64,000 nt of DNA from Podarcis vaucheri (lineage: Eukaryota), in assembly GCA_965113315.1 (NCBI GenBank), contig OZ220365.1, one strand, 5' to 3'. The number at the start of each line of letters is the position of its first letter. Position 1 is the first letter of the stretch. A program made the position numbers and the translations under genes. The notes below the pieces were generated by a model. It ran no database searches. It saw nothing but the letters and a program-made list of their open reading frames with translations, and was not told where the DNA came from. This document shows, one piece after another, positions 24,480-35,148 of this stretch.

Positions 24480-26217
24480 GGGACTTCCGGGTTGGCGCCA
24501 TCGCCGAATGGCGGACTCCCTCCGAGCTCCGGAGGGAGTCTGCTCGGCAGGGGCTGGGTCCTACCGCGCCGGCGACGCGGGGACCCTTAGAAACCACGGG
24601 AATGGATCCCGTGGACATGGTGACTCGGCTGGCACCGTTATCGCTCTCCCGGCTTGTGAAAGAGCCTTTTTAAAGGCTACGGATCGGGCGCCGGGGAGTA
24701 GCGTGGTGCTTTGAGTCCTCCGCTTCCCCTGCCGGGCGCAGCCGCATGCCATTCGGCGGAGAGCGCTGGCTTCTTCCAAAGGAAATTCGGACAATTGATC
24801 AACAACCCGTGAGTAATTGGGCAACCGGGTTTAAAAGGAGGAAAAAAGAAAAATTTTTCCGGATTTGGCACGAGCGGGAGGGGATCCAAAAAAGGAAGTC
24901 AGTCCCCTCCCTGATTGTAAACATGCTAAAACAAGGACTGAGAAACCAAGATCTATTCAGAAGCTTATTGATGATAAAAATTACCAACTCCACGATGTGA
25001 ATTATAAGAACTGTGCTGGAGGAGAGGAGTCGAGGGTGAGGAAAAAGCAACCCCCCCCTGGGAACCGGGGCGATTCGGACAGCCTGGCGAAGAGAGATGG
25101 AGATTTTGACAGCTGTCAAAGGAGCTGTCAAAACTGGAAATTATAAAGAGGACTTTGCTACAAGTTCTTTGCTGGTTAATTTTGTTACAATTTGATATAA
25201 ATATGGATATAAACTGTCGGGAAAAAGAAACAACAAATTGACTTTTGGATTAGAGGATACAAAGTTATTGTAATCCCTCTAGAGGGGATTCGGGACATTA
25301 CAAGTGTCGTATGTGGAAAACTACTCTGGGATGTGTAAAGGTCTTATCTCCTGGGAAAGCTGCAGAACTGAAATATTATTTTGTCTACAGAGGTGACTAT
25401 AACACAATAGAATCTTCCATTGAAGCAAGAAAGGAACTGGACGTAAGTCTGTGTCCCTGAATAACAAACCTCTGTAGAGACGTTAAATTTTGGAACAAGA
25501 ATGTTTTGACAGCTGAACAAGACAGAAACCTGAGAAACCAAGAAATAAAAGAGTAGATGACTGAATACGACACGGAAAGAATAATGGGAGGAGCAACAAA
25601 AGATTAAAGAAAATTAAAGGCCTCTATTAGATTGGATTTTCGACGTTAAACATCATTAAGACAATCAAATCCGAAGAAAACAGCATGATGGACTGAGATA
25701 AATTTGGCTGTGGACTTAAGATCTCCAGGCCGACAACATACAGACAAATGGACATGGGGAATCAAAACCGGGGAAGGGAGGGGGAACCTTAGAATCCAAA
25801 GGCTTTGTAACCAACTTTTTGAATTTCTCTATACTTTCTATCTTATATTCTTTATAACTTTGATACTTTACGTTTCTGTTTTTTCTTTTTTTTTTAGAAA
25901 GGGGGAACTCGTGGAAGAAATGAGAGCGGATCTTGGGGAAAATTTTGTTCTATTATAAGACGAGGAGTGATGCTAAGATGGTGTAAATTTAAATTGGTTT
26001 ATGAGTATAATATATTAGGTTTAATTGGGGATGAGAACTTGTGGAACCAACTTGGATAAAGGGGAATACAATCGGGAGGGGAAGGAGGAAGTCCCAGAAA
26101 GAAGGTTATGAAAAGAAGGGTCTAAGTTAGTTTCTCTTTTTCTTTCTTTCCTTTATCTTTCTTATTTTCCTATTCTGTTATTATTGGAAATTTTAATAAA
26201 TATGATTAAAAAAAAAA
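24480..26217 (+). mobile_element. Non-autonomous L1-type retroposon, 1738 bp
   Basis: Perfect 18-bp TSD AAGAATAGGGAAAAAACC at 24462-24479 and 26218-26235. TT/AAGA insertion site, AATAAA at 26195-26200, poly(A), CpG-rich 5' end, no ORF above about 110 aa. Confidence 0.88.
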
Positions 26218-27144
26218 AAGAATAGGGAAAAAACCTGCACCCCTAATTTTAGGGGCTGTGTTGGTATGGCCATGTTGTTGGACTCCCAACTCCCATTAGC
26301 TCCAGCCAGCATAGCCAGTGTTCAGGGATGATAGGAGCTGAAGTTCAACAACATTTGGAAGGACACACCTTAGCAATCCCTCCCTTATTTGAAAGGCTTA
26401 GTGGCATTTGAAAGTCAAAAAATGTAAGGAAGAATGATTTTTTATTTTTTGGAATAGCAAGAGTATCTGTCAGTTGCAGAGATGTTGTATGAACATTAAA
26501 AGCCCAAGTAATTTCAACCAAAATAGAAACATAGTCCAGGAATATAAGGCCAATGAACAGCCACTTTGGCTCATGGAAGGGGTTTGGGCAGCCCACCATT
26601 TTTTTCCTTTCCTTTTAAACCTGACGCCATCTCCATGCAACTATGCTGTATCATGAATTCTTTCCACAACATCTATAAGTTTCAAAAATACTTTTGCCAC
26701 ACAGCATAGGATTCTGCTTATGGTTATAAAACCCCCACAGGCCTTTGGATTCTGGCCTAATGTAGAACATGGTTGTAGGTTTCCAGAGGAACAATGTAAT
26801 ATAATGGGTTCAGATGGGACCCAAAAGGAACATCCCAAGAAAATATTGCAAAGATTATTTGGCAAGGTTCAGCAGCCCAGAAAAAAAGGAAGCAGCAGCA
26901 AATAGATGCAAAATGAACAAAGCAGCACTCAATCCTAGGTGCAGTTGAATATCTGAAAGGAAGCAATGAGAGCACTCACCTTACCAAACCTCGTTGGTGC
27001 CATTTCCCACTTGCTACTTGCTTTCTTAGGGCAATTTCACACATGATTAAGATGGCTACAAACCCAAGTTTGCCAGGAAGTGTATATTCAACAGGCATCC
27101 AGATCCAATCCTCACAGCCTAATTATTGTGTTTTGTACAATGTA

Positions 27145-27385
27145 CAGTGGTACCTCGGTTTACAAACTTAATCTGTTTCAGAAGTCCGTTCTTAAACCGA
27201 AACCGTTCTTAAACCAAGGCGTGCTTCCCCTAATGAGGCCTTCCACTGCCGGTGCCCTTCCACCGTTCGGCTTCCATTCTTAGACCAAGGTAGAGTTCGC
27301 AAACTGGGACACTACTTCCAGTTTTGTGGAGTTCGTAAACCAAATAGTTCGTAAACAGGGCTGTTCTTAAACCAAGGTACCACTG
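27145..27385. mobile_element. Tc1/mariner (Tigger/pogo-like) MITE, 241 bp
   Basis: TIRs CAGTGGTACCTCGGTTTA / TAAACCAAGGTACCACTG flanked by TA (27143-44, 27386-87). Confidence 0.9.
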
Positions 27386-27589
27386 TAGAAATGTGTGCTG
27401 CATTCTTTTTACATTTACAGGTGCAGCATCCCACATCTAAACAACTACATGTGAACTGGTCCTTGGATATAGTTTTTAAATCTAATTTAAATCAAACACT
27501 ATTCAGGGCTATTTTGCCTCCTAATTCATTCCGAACCTATCTAACACTGTGGTGTGGGACAGATGAATCTTTAGCAAATGAGAGAGTAC

Positions 27590-27709
27590 CTCAATTGGTT
27601 CAATGTCACTAGCTGTGGAAGGGGACCTAGATCTTGAATGAAGGTGACACTTGATATCTTCATCCCGCGAAGGCGTATTAGATAAGGTAAAATTTTCAAC
27701 AGAATCAAT
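27590..27709 (-). CDS. CDC42BPA: Variable-region cassette exon (IDSVENFTLSNTPSRDEDIKCHLHSRSRSPSTASDIEPIE)
   Basis: Strong pyrimidine tract with tctctag acceptor, donor GAG|gtactc, 120 nt, phase 0-0. Resembles the recalled mammalian cassette (DPVEN...SRSTSPSTSSEAEPV). Confidence 0.85.
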
Positions 27710-28664
27710 CTAGAGAAACAACCAAGGAAAAGAAACAAGCAAAAGGAAGGGAAGAGGGAGGGGAAGAAAATTAAAGGCCACTTTTTTATTATGCACTAAT
27801 TTTCTCAAAAACATAGAAATGCAAATTGGGGACCAAAATTTTTAAAAGAAATAAATAATAATTTGCCACTCAATTTGTAAATGTTTGAGCTAGGTTACCT
27901 GCCTGCAATGGCAGCGTAACACCAGTTTATCTGGCTTGTGCAGGGATCAGTAAAGTCCACTCTAAGAATTTATTTGTTGGCAGTTGGATAGGATAATCAA
28001 TTTACATAAAGCCTATAATAATGCTTGTGAGTCACTGAGACTGTCTTATTCTTTAATTTAAAACCCCTGAACTTTGGGTTCTTTTATGAATTGCAATGGA
28101 TAGCAAAAAAATATGTTAATTTAAATCTTGATCATTAAGGAACCATACCAATGAATTAAGCATAACAATACATTGTGATGATTATCAACAAGAAATTGCC
28201 CATCATGACATATGAAAGTATTTTGTACAAGCATACTATAACCGCTGAGTTATACGTTTTTGTTTGATTTGTAGTAGTCTGAAGTTTTGAACGCTAAGCA
28301 AAAGAGGCTAGAATATATTTTGCCTAATAAAAGAATCTCATAAAGGGTGAATATCAGAAGCAAAATAATAGAAAAAGATTCTGTTCTGCAGTGATGCCTT
28401 GATCTACATTTTCTAATTTCAATTTTTTCGGTTACTGTAATTAGAAATTGTTTGATGGTTTAGGTGTTATGCAATATTTGATTTCATCTTGTTCTGTCCA
28501 TATTCATGTTAAAGATTATATTAAACACAATGGGCTAAGTCTACATATTTTCTTACACTGCCATACTAGACATGGGTTTGCTTCCTTGAAAATATATTTG
28601 AGGGAAGACAGTTTTAATTAAAAATCTAATTCCTTTATTTAGTTCAACTACAACTTTCTCATAT

Positions 28665-29028
28665 GGGACGCAGGTGGCGCTGTGGTCTTAACCAACAGAG
28701 CCTAGGGTTTCCCAATCAGAAGGTTGGTGGTTCAACTCCTTGTGAGGGGGTGAGCTCCCGTTGCTCGGTCCCTGCTCCTGCCAACCTAGCAGTTCGAAAG
28801 CACGTAAAGTACAAGTAGATAAATAGGTAACGCTGAGGCGGGAAGGTAAATGGCGTTTCTGTGCCCTGCTCTGGTTCACCAGAAGCGGCTTAGTCATGCT
28901 GGCCACATCACCCGGAAAAACTGTCTGCAGACAAACGCCGGCTCCCTCAGCCTATGGAGCAAGATGAGCACGCAACCCCAGAGTTGTCCGTGACTCGGCC
29001 TAATGGTCAGGGGTACCTTTACCTTTAC
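28665..29028 (+). mobile_element. Full-length Sauria SINE (Squam1, lacertid type)
   Basis: tRNA-like head gggacgcaggtggcgctgtgg...ggttcaactc, body aacctagcagttcgaaagc, (ACCTTT)n tail, flanking repeat tacaactttctc at 28649-28660 and 29026-29037. Confidence 0.92.
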
Positions 29029-29307
29029 AACTTTCTCTTTAGTTATCAGCTCCCCCAACCTGCCCTGCCACCCCCCTCCCCATAGCATAGAGGTCAGTCC
29101 AAATATTACATTTTTCTGCAAAAATAATCTAGTTGCTTCAAATAAACCATCAATTGCCATTTTGGAAAACCCAACATCTTAAAATATTTTTATTTGTAAT
29201 GCAATTCACTATTGTCTTTTACAAAACTGTTGGGAGATTGTGTTGTCCCAGAGAGCACAAAAATTAAACTATTTTAATTACTATATAGGACACATCTGGG
29301 CTGTATA

Positions 29308-29440
29308 TAATTATTACTATTTATTATTATTATTCTTATTATTCTTATTATTCTTATTAATACGCTCCCCAGCCACTCTGCGTAGCTTCCAACAAAATAT
29401 TAAAAAACAATAGTGTGTCAAACATTAAAAGCTTCCCTAC
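29308..29440 (-). mobile_element. L2 3' tail fragment with (TTATTC)n/(TTA)n tail
   Basis: cccagccactctg...cttccaac...aacattaaaa matches the tails at 4150-4240 and 48240-48295. Confidence 0.65.
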
Positions 29441-31063
29441 ACATTTGCCCCTTAAAAGGTATTAGTAGATAACAGCTGCATGGGCAATCTTAATGTCTGG
29501 TTTGCCTTTTCTTTTCTTTTTTTACATGTGTTTACACTGGGCAAAGCAGAAACTGTGACAAAAACCGCTGTTCGGTTCTTTTAAGAAAGATGGGAGCTAC
29601 AAGTTGAGAATACTATAAGCAACCAAATGCTAAACAATACGCCAGCTTGCTACATATAAACTGTTTCAAGCAGTGCAGCAATCAGCGGCAGAAATTCTTT
29701 TCTATGCTCAGCATTTTAAAAAAAATGCACTCCTCTCTGAATATCAGGAATTATATTTTCTTTAGCTGATATATATAGATTACTGTACTAAAGAAGGCTT
29801 TATTTCTACATTTTTTTGAAAATATTGCTTGTAAATACTGGACATCTATTGGAGGAATTGTTGAAGCTATTCCCATCTCCACTGAGGGCTGTGCCTGACA
29901 CTGTTCCCAGGGAAGCTTGTTGCATACATACTTTGGCAAAGCCTCACAATATCATATGCCTTATCTATGTGTCAGCAGGGAGGAAATATAATCAGAGGAT
30001 TTGCACATATCTAAGCCCCCCACTCCAAAATTGGTGCTTTCCTTCAATACTCCTCCCAAATAAAGGACAAGGGAAATGCAAAAGACTGGTTTGCACATGC
30101 TGCTTGCACCTTCTATGTACATTGCTTTCAACACAGTCCAGAAAGTACCACTACACCCATAGATTTAGTAATTAGCTGTCAGCTATTCATGCACTGATAT
30201 ACCCTAATCCAAGAGCAAAAGGCTACTGAGTGAAGAAGTCCCTCATCAAAGAGGGACCTAATGTAGGTGTGTGCAGTGTCCTGTACTGAAAACACACACT
30301 GCCTATCCAATTATCAGTTTTCTCAAGTTGCATAGTGCTCGTCACCTGTTCAAATAATAGAATTGTAGAGTGGGAAGGGATCCAAGGGGCCCTCTAGCAC
30401 ACACACACACATCCTGCACAATGCAGGAATGTTAGGTTGTGTGAATTGGCTTCTAGACTAGGTCACGGTTGTGTTTTCTGCCCAATAAACAGACAACTAA
30501 AACTGAAAACACCATTAGTATCCTTGACAATAAGTTGGGCAAGGCACCATTCTGCTCCCATTGTGTTTAGGACAGAATCACAGCAATAGTAAGGATAACT
30601 GAAATTGATTACTAATTTTAAGTTCAGTGTCTCCTTATTAAAAAAATAAATCAAATTAATCTACCACGACAAAAACTTCCGTATTATCTTGTCTTGCTAC
30701 TGGTATTTCCTACAGGAAGCAGGGCAGACGAAGAAGTGGGTTTTAATTCTGTTTATAATCATGCACTGCAACCTAATTAGTTTTAATGACTCCAGTTTGC
30801 CGTCATCTTTTGTTTCTGTGACATTCGAGTGCCAAGAGTACAACATTAAAAAACGAAAACGCCACACACATTCTCCAGAACTTTTACTTAAACAGTATTG
30901 AATGCAATGAAAGTATAGGAGCAGCAGTAGCACAAGACAAGCAGCAGGATAAATATGCAAGGCATAAACAGCATCAACAAAAATGGTCTACATTAAACAA
31001 AGGAAAAAGCATGTGCATCATAGGCAAAACTAAAAGGCCACACACAGCAAGACATCCTCTTAC

Positions 31064-31102
31064 ACGTCTGCCTTTGTGAGCTGGAATACAGGAAGGAGAG
31101 CG
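31064..31102 (-). CDS. CDC42BPA: 39-nt cassette exon (RSPSCIPAHKGRR)
   Basis: ctctgttaaag/gtaaga, phase 0-0. Matches recalled human RSPSCTPASKGRR. Confidence 0.9.
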
Positions 31103-33400
31103 CTTTAACAGAGAAAGGAGGAGACTGTTAACAGAACGAAACAGAAAGGCACATAATCCAGATCCAAATTTCTATCACAAGACACAAACAGTAATATGTA
31201 CAATACTTTGAATTGTGAGGACAGAGACATGTAATAGGGAATTCTTTTTCAAAAGGAAACCAAAAGAACTAAATACAGGAGAACAATTTTTCAAACTTGT
31301 ATGTTCATAACACTCACTTCACTCACAACTATTTTAAGGGCCAAACTAAACAGAAAGTTGGTTAAATGTATCTTTGTATTTAACATGGTTGTTTTTTTAA
31401 AAAGGTGAATAACATCATCTGGGGAAGAGTGATAATTATCAGGTTTTTATCAGGCAGAGAGAGGCAATTTAACCCCCTTCCTCTGTGATACAATTCCTCT
31501 CCACTACTGTCATCGGGAGAACTTCTCCCCAAAGCAAATCATGATTTTCATGCGAGCACCAAAAGAGTTCTGCTTACAATGCAGATACAAACCTTTCCTA
31601 ATAAGTGCTCAAATCTTTAGAAATGCTCAAAGTCTTTCAACTCAGACTGACAAAAAGGTCATTCAGCATAGGCTTGAATAATTTGTGACCTGCTAAATTA
31701 ACTATACATTATGGCTTGCTATGTCTTGGCAATCCCACAGTTTTGCAATTTAAGGCCTTCCAGATTTACTCAGTGGCCAGTGATATATAGCTGAATAGGT
31801 TACATTTGGCAGCTGTGTAGGCTTGACCTAGATGCTATATAGAAAGTTCATTGTGGCAAGACTACATCCGCAAGGCTATAGAAATGACTGAGCATGATCT
31901 GACTCCACGTGAGAAGAAATCATTTCAGGAACACCAGGAATACTGTTACTTACCAGTAATGAAAGTTTTTTGACACATGACTGTATATTCACATTTAGGG
32001 GTCCCCTAAGCCAAGTGTGTAAATGATAAGGCTGCCAGCATACAAACTACTCTGCCCCTTCTTTCCCCCCCACAAAATGTGCCATAAGGTACTGGTAAAG
32101 TAGGAAGGAAAGAAGGCTCTGGTAATACTTCAGTTCCTTCCAACTTCTTTGCTAAGCTTTCATTTTAACTTGATCAAGAAGGAAAGATGGACACACAAGG
32201 ATGTATGTAATTACTGGGAAACAGCTCTGCGTTCCTCATGTGATGTTCCTCACCTATGGAAGACAAGGCAGCAATTCTTTGCAAAGAAAAGTAATATGGG
32301 GAACTAACTGAAAACTGAACCATAAAAAACATTTAAACATTTCAATGGTCTAATAATAAAAATAAAATAAAAGAATCTTTTTTTTTCAAGTATTATATTG
32401 CTACCGAGAGTCAGGATGGTGTAGGGCAGGAGAATCAGGGGTTAAAATTCCTGTTAAGCCATGAAGCTAATTGTCATGGCCCACTCTGAGGACCATGGTG
32501 AGGACCATGAGTGCAAGGAAGAGGCCATGAATCAGAGCTCTCCCACTCAAGGCCCCAACTTGGAGCTGGGCCCTTCTGATGAAAATCTTCCTCAAAGTTT
32601 TGCAGGCTCCCTTCACCTTGGCTCAGAGGGAGGAGGCAGGACCACTGAATACCACCCTTCAATGGTGGTAGAGAGAGGGAGCACCATGGCACAGTCTGAG
32701 GTTTCAAAGGAGGAGGAAATGCAGGCATTGTCTCAAAAGAAGCCCCCCAGAAGGTGCATTTTCGAATCAGGTGGATTTATGAACTTTGCTTTCAACAGGT
32801 TTTTTTTTAAAAAAAAAAACAGAGAGGGCATTTAGAACATATTTTTAAAATCCTATAATAGAGGGCAACTTAACTGAATCTGCTACCCTTGTTAATAGAA
32901 TCATATTGGAGTGGTTGGGACAAAGTGAAGACAGCCACTGTTAAAAATTAGCACTGCTTAAAAATGTTAAGGATAATCTGGCAGTTTTACGATAGGAGCA
33001 TAAACTTTGTATATGATCATAAACCTACTGATGGTTGAGAAACATTTTACTTTTCTTGCCCTACTATTCTTTCTTATAGAACATGATGGAAAGCATCTTA
33101 AATTTATAAAAATCTATGCTAGTTCAAATTTCCCTTTCTAATGAGGGGATCTCAGCTCAAGACACCCCAGGACTCTTCTATTAATGTAACTTCCATTCCA
33201 AGGACAGTCTTCAATGATTACTGCACACCTTCCTAGCCTCCTATTTTTCTTCTTAAATGAATTTGACCTGACTGTATCCAAAGTATGAAATCAGCAGTCT
33301 GAGGACTTCTGCTTACTGTGATATATTGTAGGACAAGAGTGAAGGATGATGGTTCTATATGACCGTATATGTGTGCATGGACATATTGATAGACCCAGGA

Positions 33401-33693
33401 ACTATTGAGGCTGAGCTGGTGGGTTTCTGACGAGGGAAGGGGAAATAGTTTGGGAGGAATATTTCTAATTCTAGATATTTTGATACTTGCATTGAACTGC
33501 ACTGACCCAATTTTATTTATTTAATTGTATTGAATTATGGAATAATTACTATTGAGGCTGAGTTGGTGGGTATCTGACTAGGGAAGGGGGAATAGTTTGG
33601 GAGGAATATTTCTAATTCTAGATATTTTGATACTTGCATTGAACTGCACTGAAGCAATTTTATTTATTTAATTGTATTGAATTATGGAATAAT
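33401..33693. repeat. Tandem duplication, 147-bp unit x2
   Basis: Copies at 33401-33547 and 33548-33693, with 6 mismatches by eye. Confidence 0.95.
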
Positions 33694-34473
33694 GACAAAA
33701 TGCACATCTTCTGAAAAAGCAAACTTGGTGAACTTGTGCTGCTGTCACCGACGATAATCTAGAAACCTACTCCTGGTCATGAATGATATGGGAAGTATGG
33801 AGAATGTGATAGCAAGGTCCTCATGAAATGCAAGTTCTAATTCTGGAAATAATTGAATCATTCTAGCCCCTTCTTCATATTACACAACCTGCATCTTGCA
33901 GTGGAGGGGAATAGGGGGAAACCTAAATTCGTGCAGCACATTCTTTATAACTGGGAATGGACAGGTTCACTTAGTATTTTCAGAAAAATACAATGGTGGA
34001 AAATGTTTATTTGAAGTAAAGCATAACTTAGAATGTTCTTGAAGAAGATGGGCTAACTGTGCAGCAGGTCCTCAGTGAGCTACCTCTGGAAGGAGACAAA
34101 ATGTAATGCAACAGCACCAATGACTCATTTTCACAGTGGAATATTTGTTCTCCTTCCATCTGCAGTCTACTGTTAAGTGCAGCTGCGAACCTAGACACTT
34201 ATCTTTCCCTAGTAAAAATAGAAAAATTATATGCTTCCTTGTTAGCCTAATTAAAGTAAGCTGCAATTGTTCATAGTTTTGTTTAAGTATATAAACTATT
34301 TGCCTGGGAGAAACACAAACTTGTGTATTGTGTGTAACAGAACAAATGGAAAGGTTGCAAGGATGGGGCGGTGCTCCCTCAAAAGAATCAGGTAAAGTGA
34401 CCTCTGTGGCTTGAAGCGCCTTTCAACAGCTGTGGTGACTTTACCCAGCTGGAGTTAGCTTGGCTACAGTTAC

Positions 34474-34590
34474 CCATTGCCAGGGACTGGCTGGATACTG
34501 AGGGGTTTTGGCTGGGTACTGATGAGTGGGCACTAGGAGAAGCGAGGTCAGAGACTGACTTTGAAGAAGGGGTCTGTGATCTGGGGGAGC
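34474..34590 (-). CDS. CDC42BPA: Candidate variable-region cassette exon (APPDHRPLLQSQSLTSLLLVPTHQYPAKTPQYPASPWQW); alternative donor extends it to 34445
   Basis: Acceptor ggctgttacag, donors TGG|gtaact and TGG|gtaaag. GC-richer island in an AT-rich intron. The 117-nt form is phase 0-0 like its neighbours. No homology confirmed. Confidence 0.5.
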
Positions 34591-34887
34591 CTGTAACAGC
34601 CAGGAGACGAGAATTCTATTATTCATAAAGGGGCTGTTTTAAATCTCAGTATGTGGAGACTTCTCGTTCACAGTAAGCAGTTTGTCTGAAGCGGGTAGAA
34701 GCCTAGCATTACCATGATGCACAAATCCACTGACCATTCATCTACAGCCTCCTTAAATGGATTTATTACCAAGAGCCTCTTAATAAAAGCAGACAATGCA
34801 CCCCAATTCTTGAAATCAGCACAAATTAATTTCCATTTTATGATTGCAGCATGCATATGAAGGAAAGAACACATCCCGCTAGTCAGT

Positions 34888-35148
34888 GCCCTTGTTTGCA
34901 CATAACTCTGAGCCAAACCATAGCTTAGCACAAATGAGTAAAAGGTGCAGGACAAACCTTGGTTGCAGCTCATTATTTACCAGGAGAGAGCTAAACCACA
35001 AGCATGATAAGCCAAATCACAGCTTAGCTTAGAGAAACGCAGCAAAAAAATACCTGAGCAGGTGAAAAGCAGCCGTGATCTCCTTTCCACATACTTGTTT
35101 GTTTATGCTATGCCATGGTTTGGCTTAGTGTGATGTGTTAACAGGGCC
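34888..35148. mobile_element. Palindromic MITE family (AAACCATGG core); relatives at about 9165-9320, 37435-37582, 51535-51770
   Basis: Long imperfect inverted ends: ...ctgagccaaaccatagcttagc / gctatgccatggtttggcttag... Shared internal ggagagagctaaacca. Confidence 0.6.

Noticed and set aside
32461-32835. 124-aa acidic ORF on the + strand
   Set aside because: No splice or domain support. It begins near TGTCATGG and may be a decayed LTR fragment, too uncertain to call.
33401-33693. CRISPR-like or satellite array
   Set aside because: Only two units, no spacers, and a vertebrate context.
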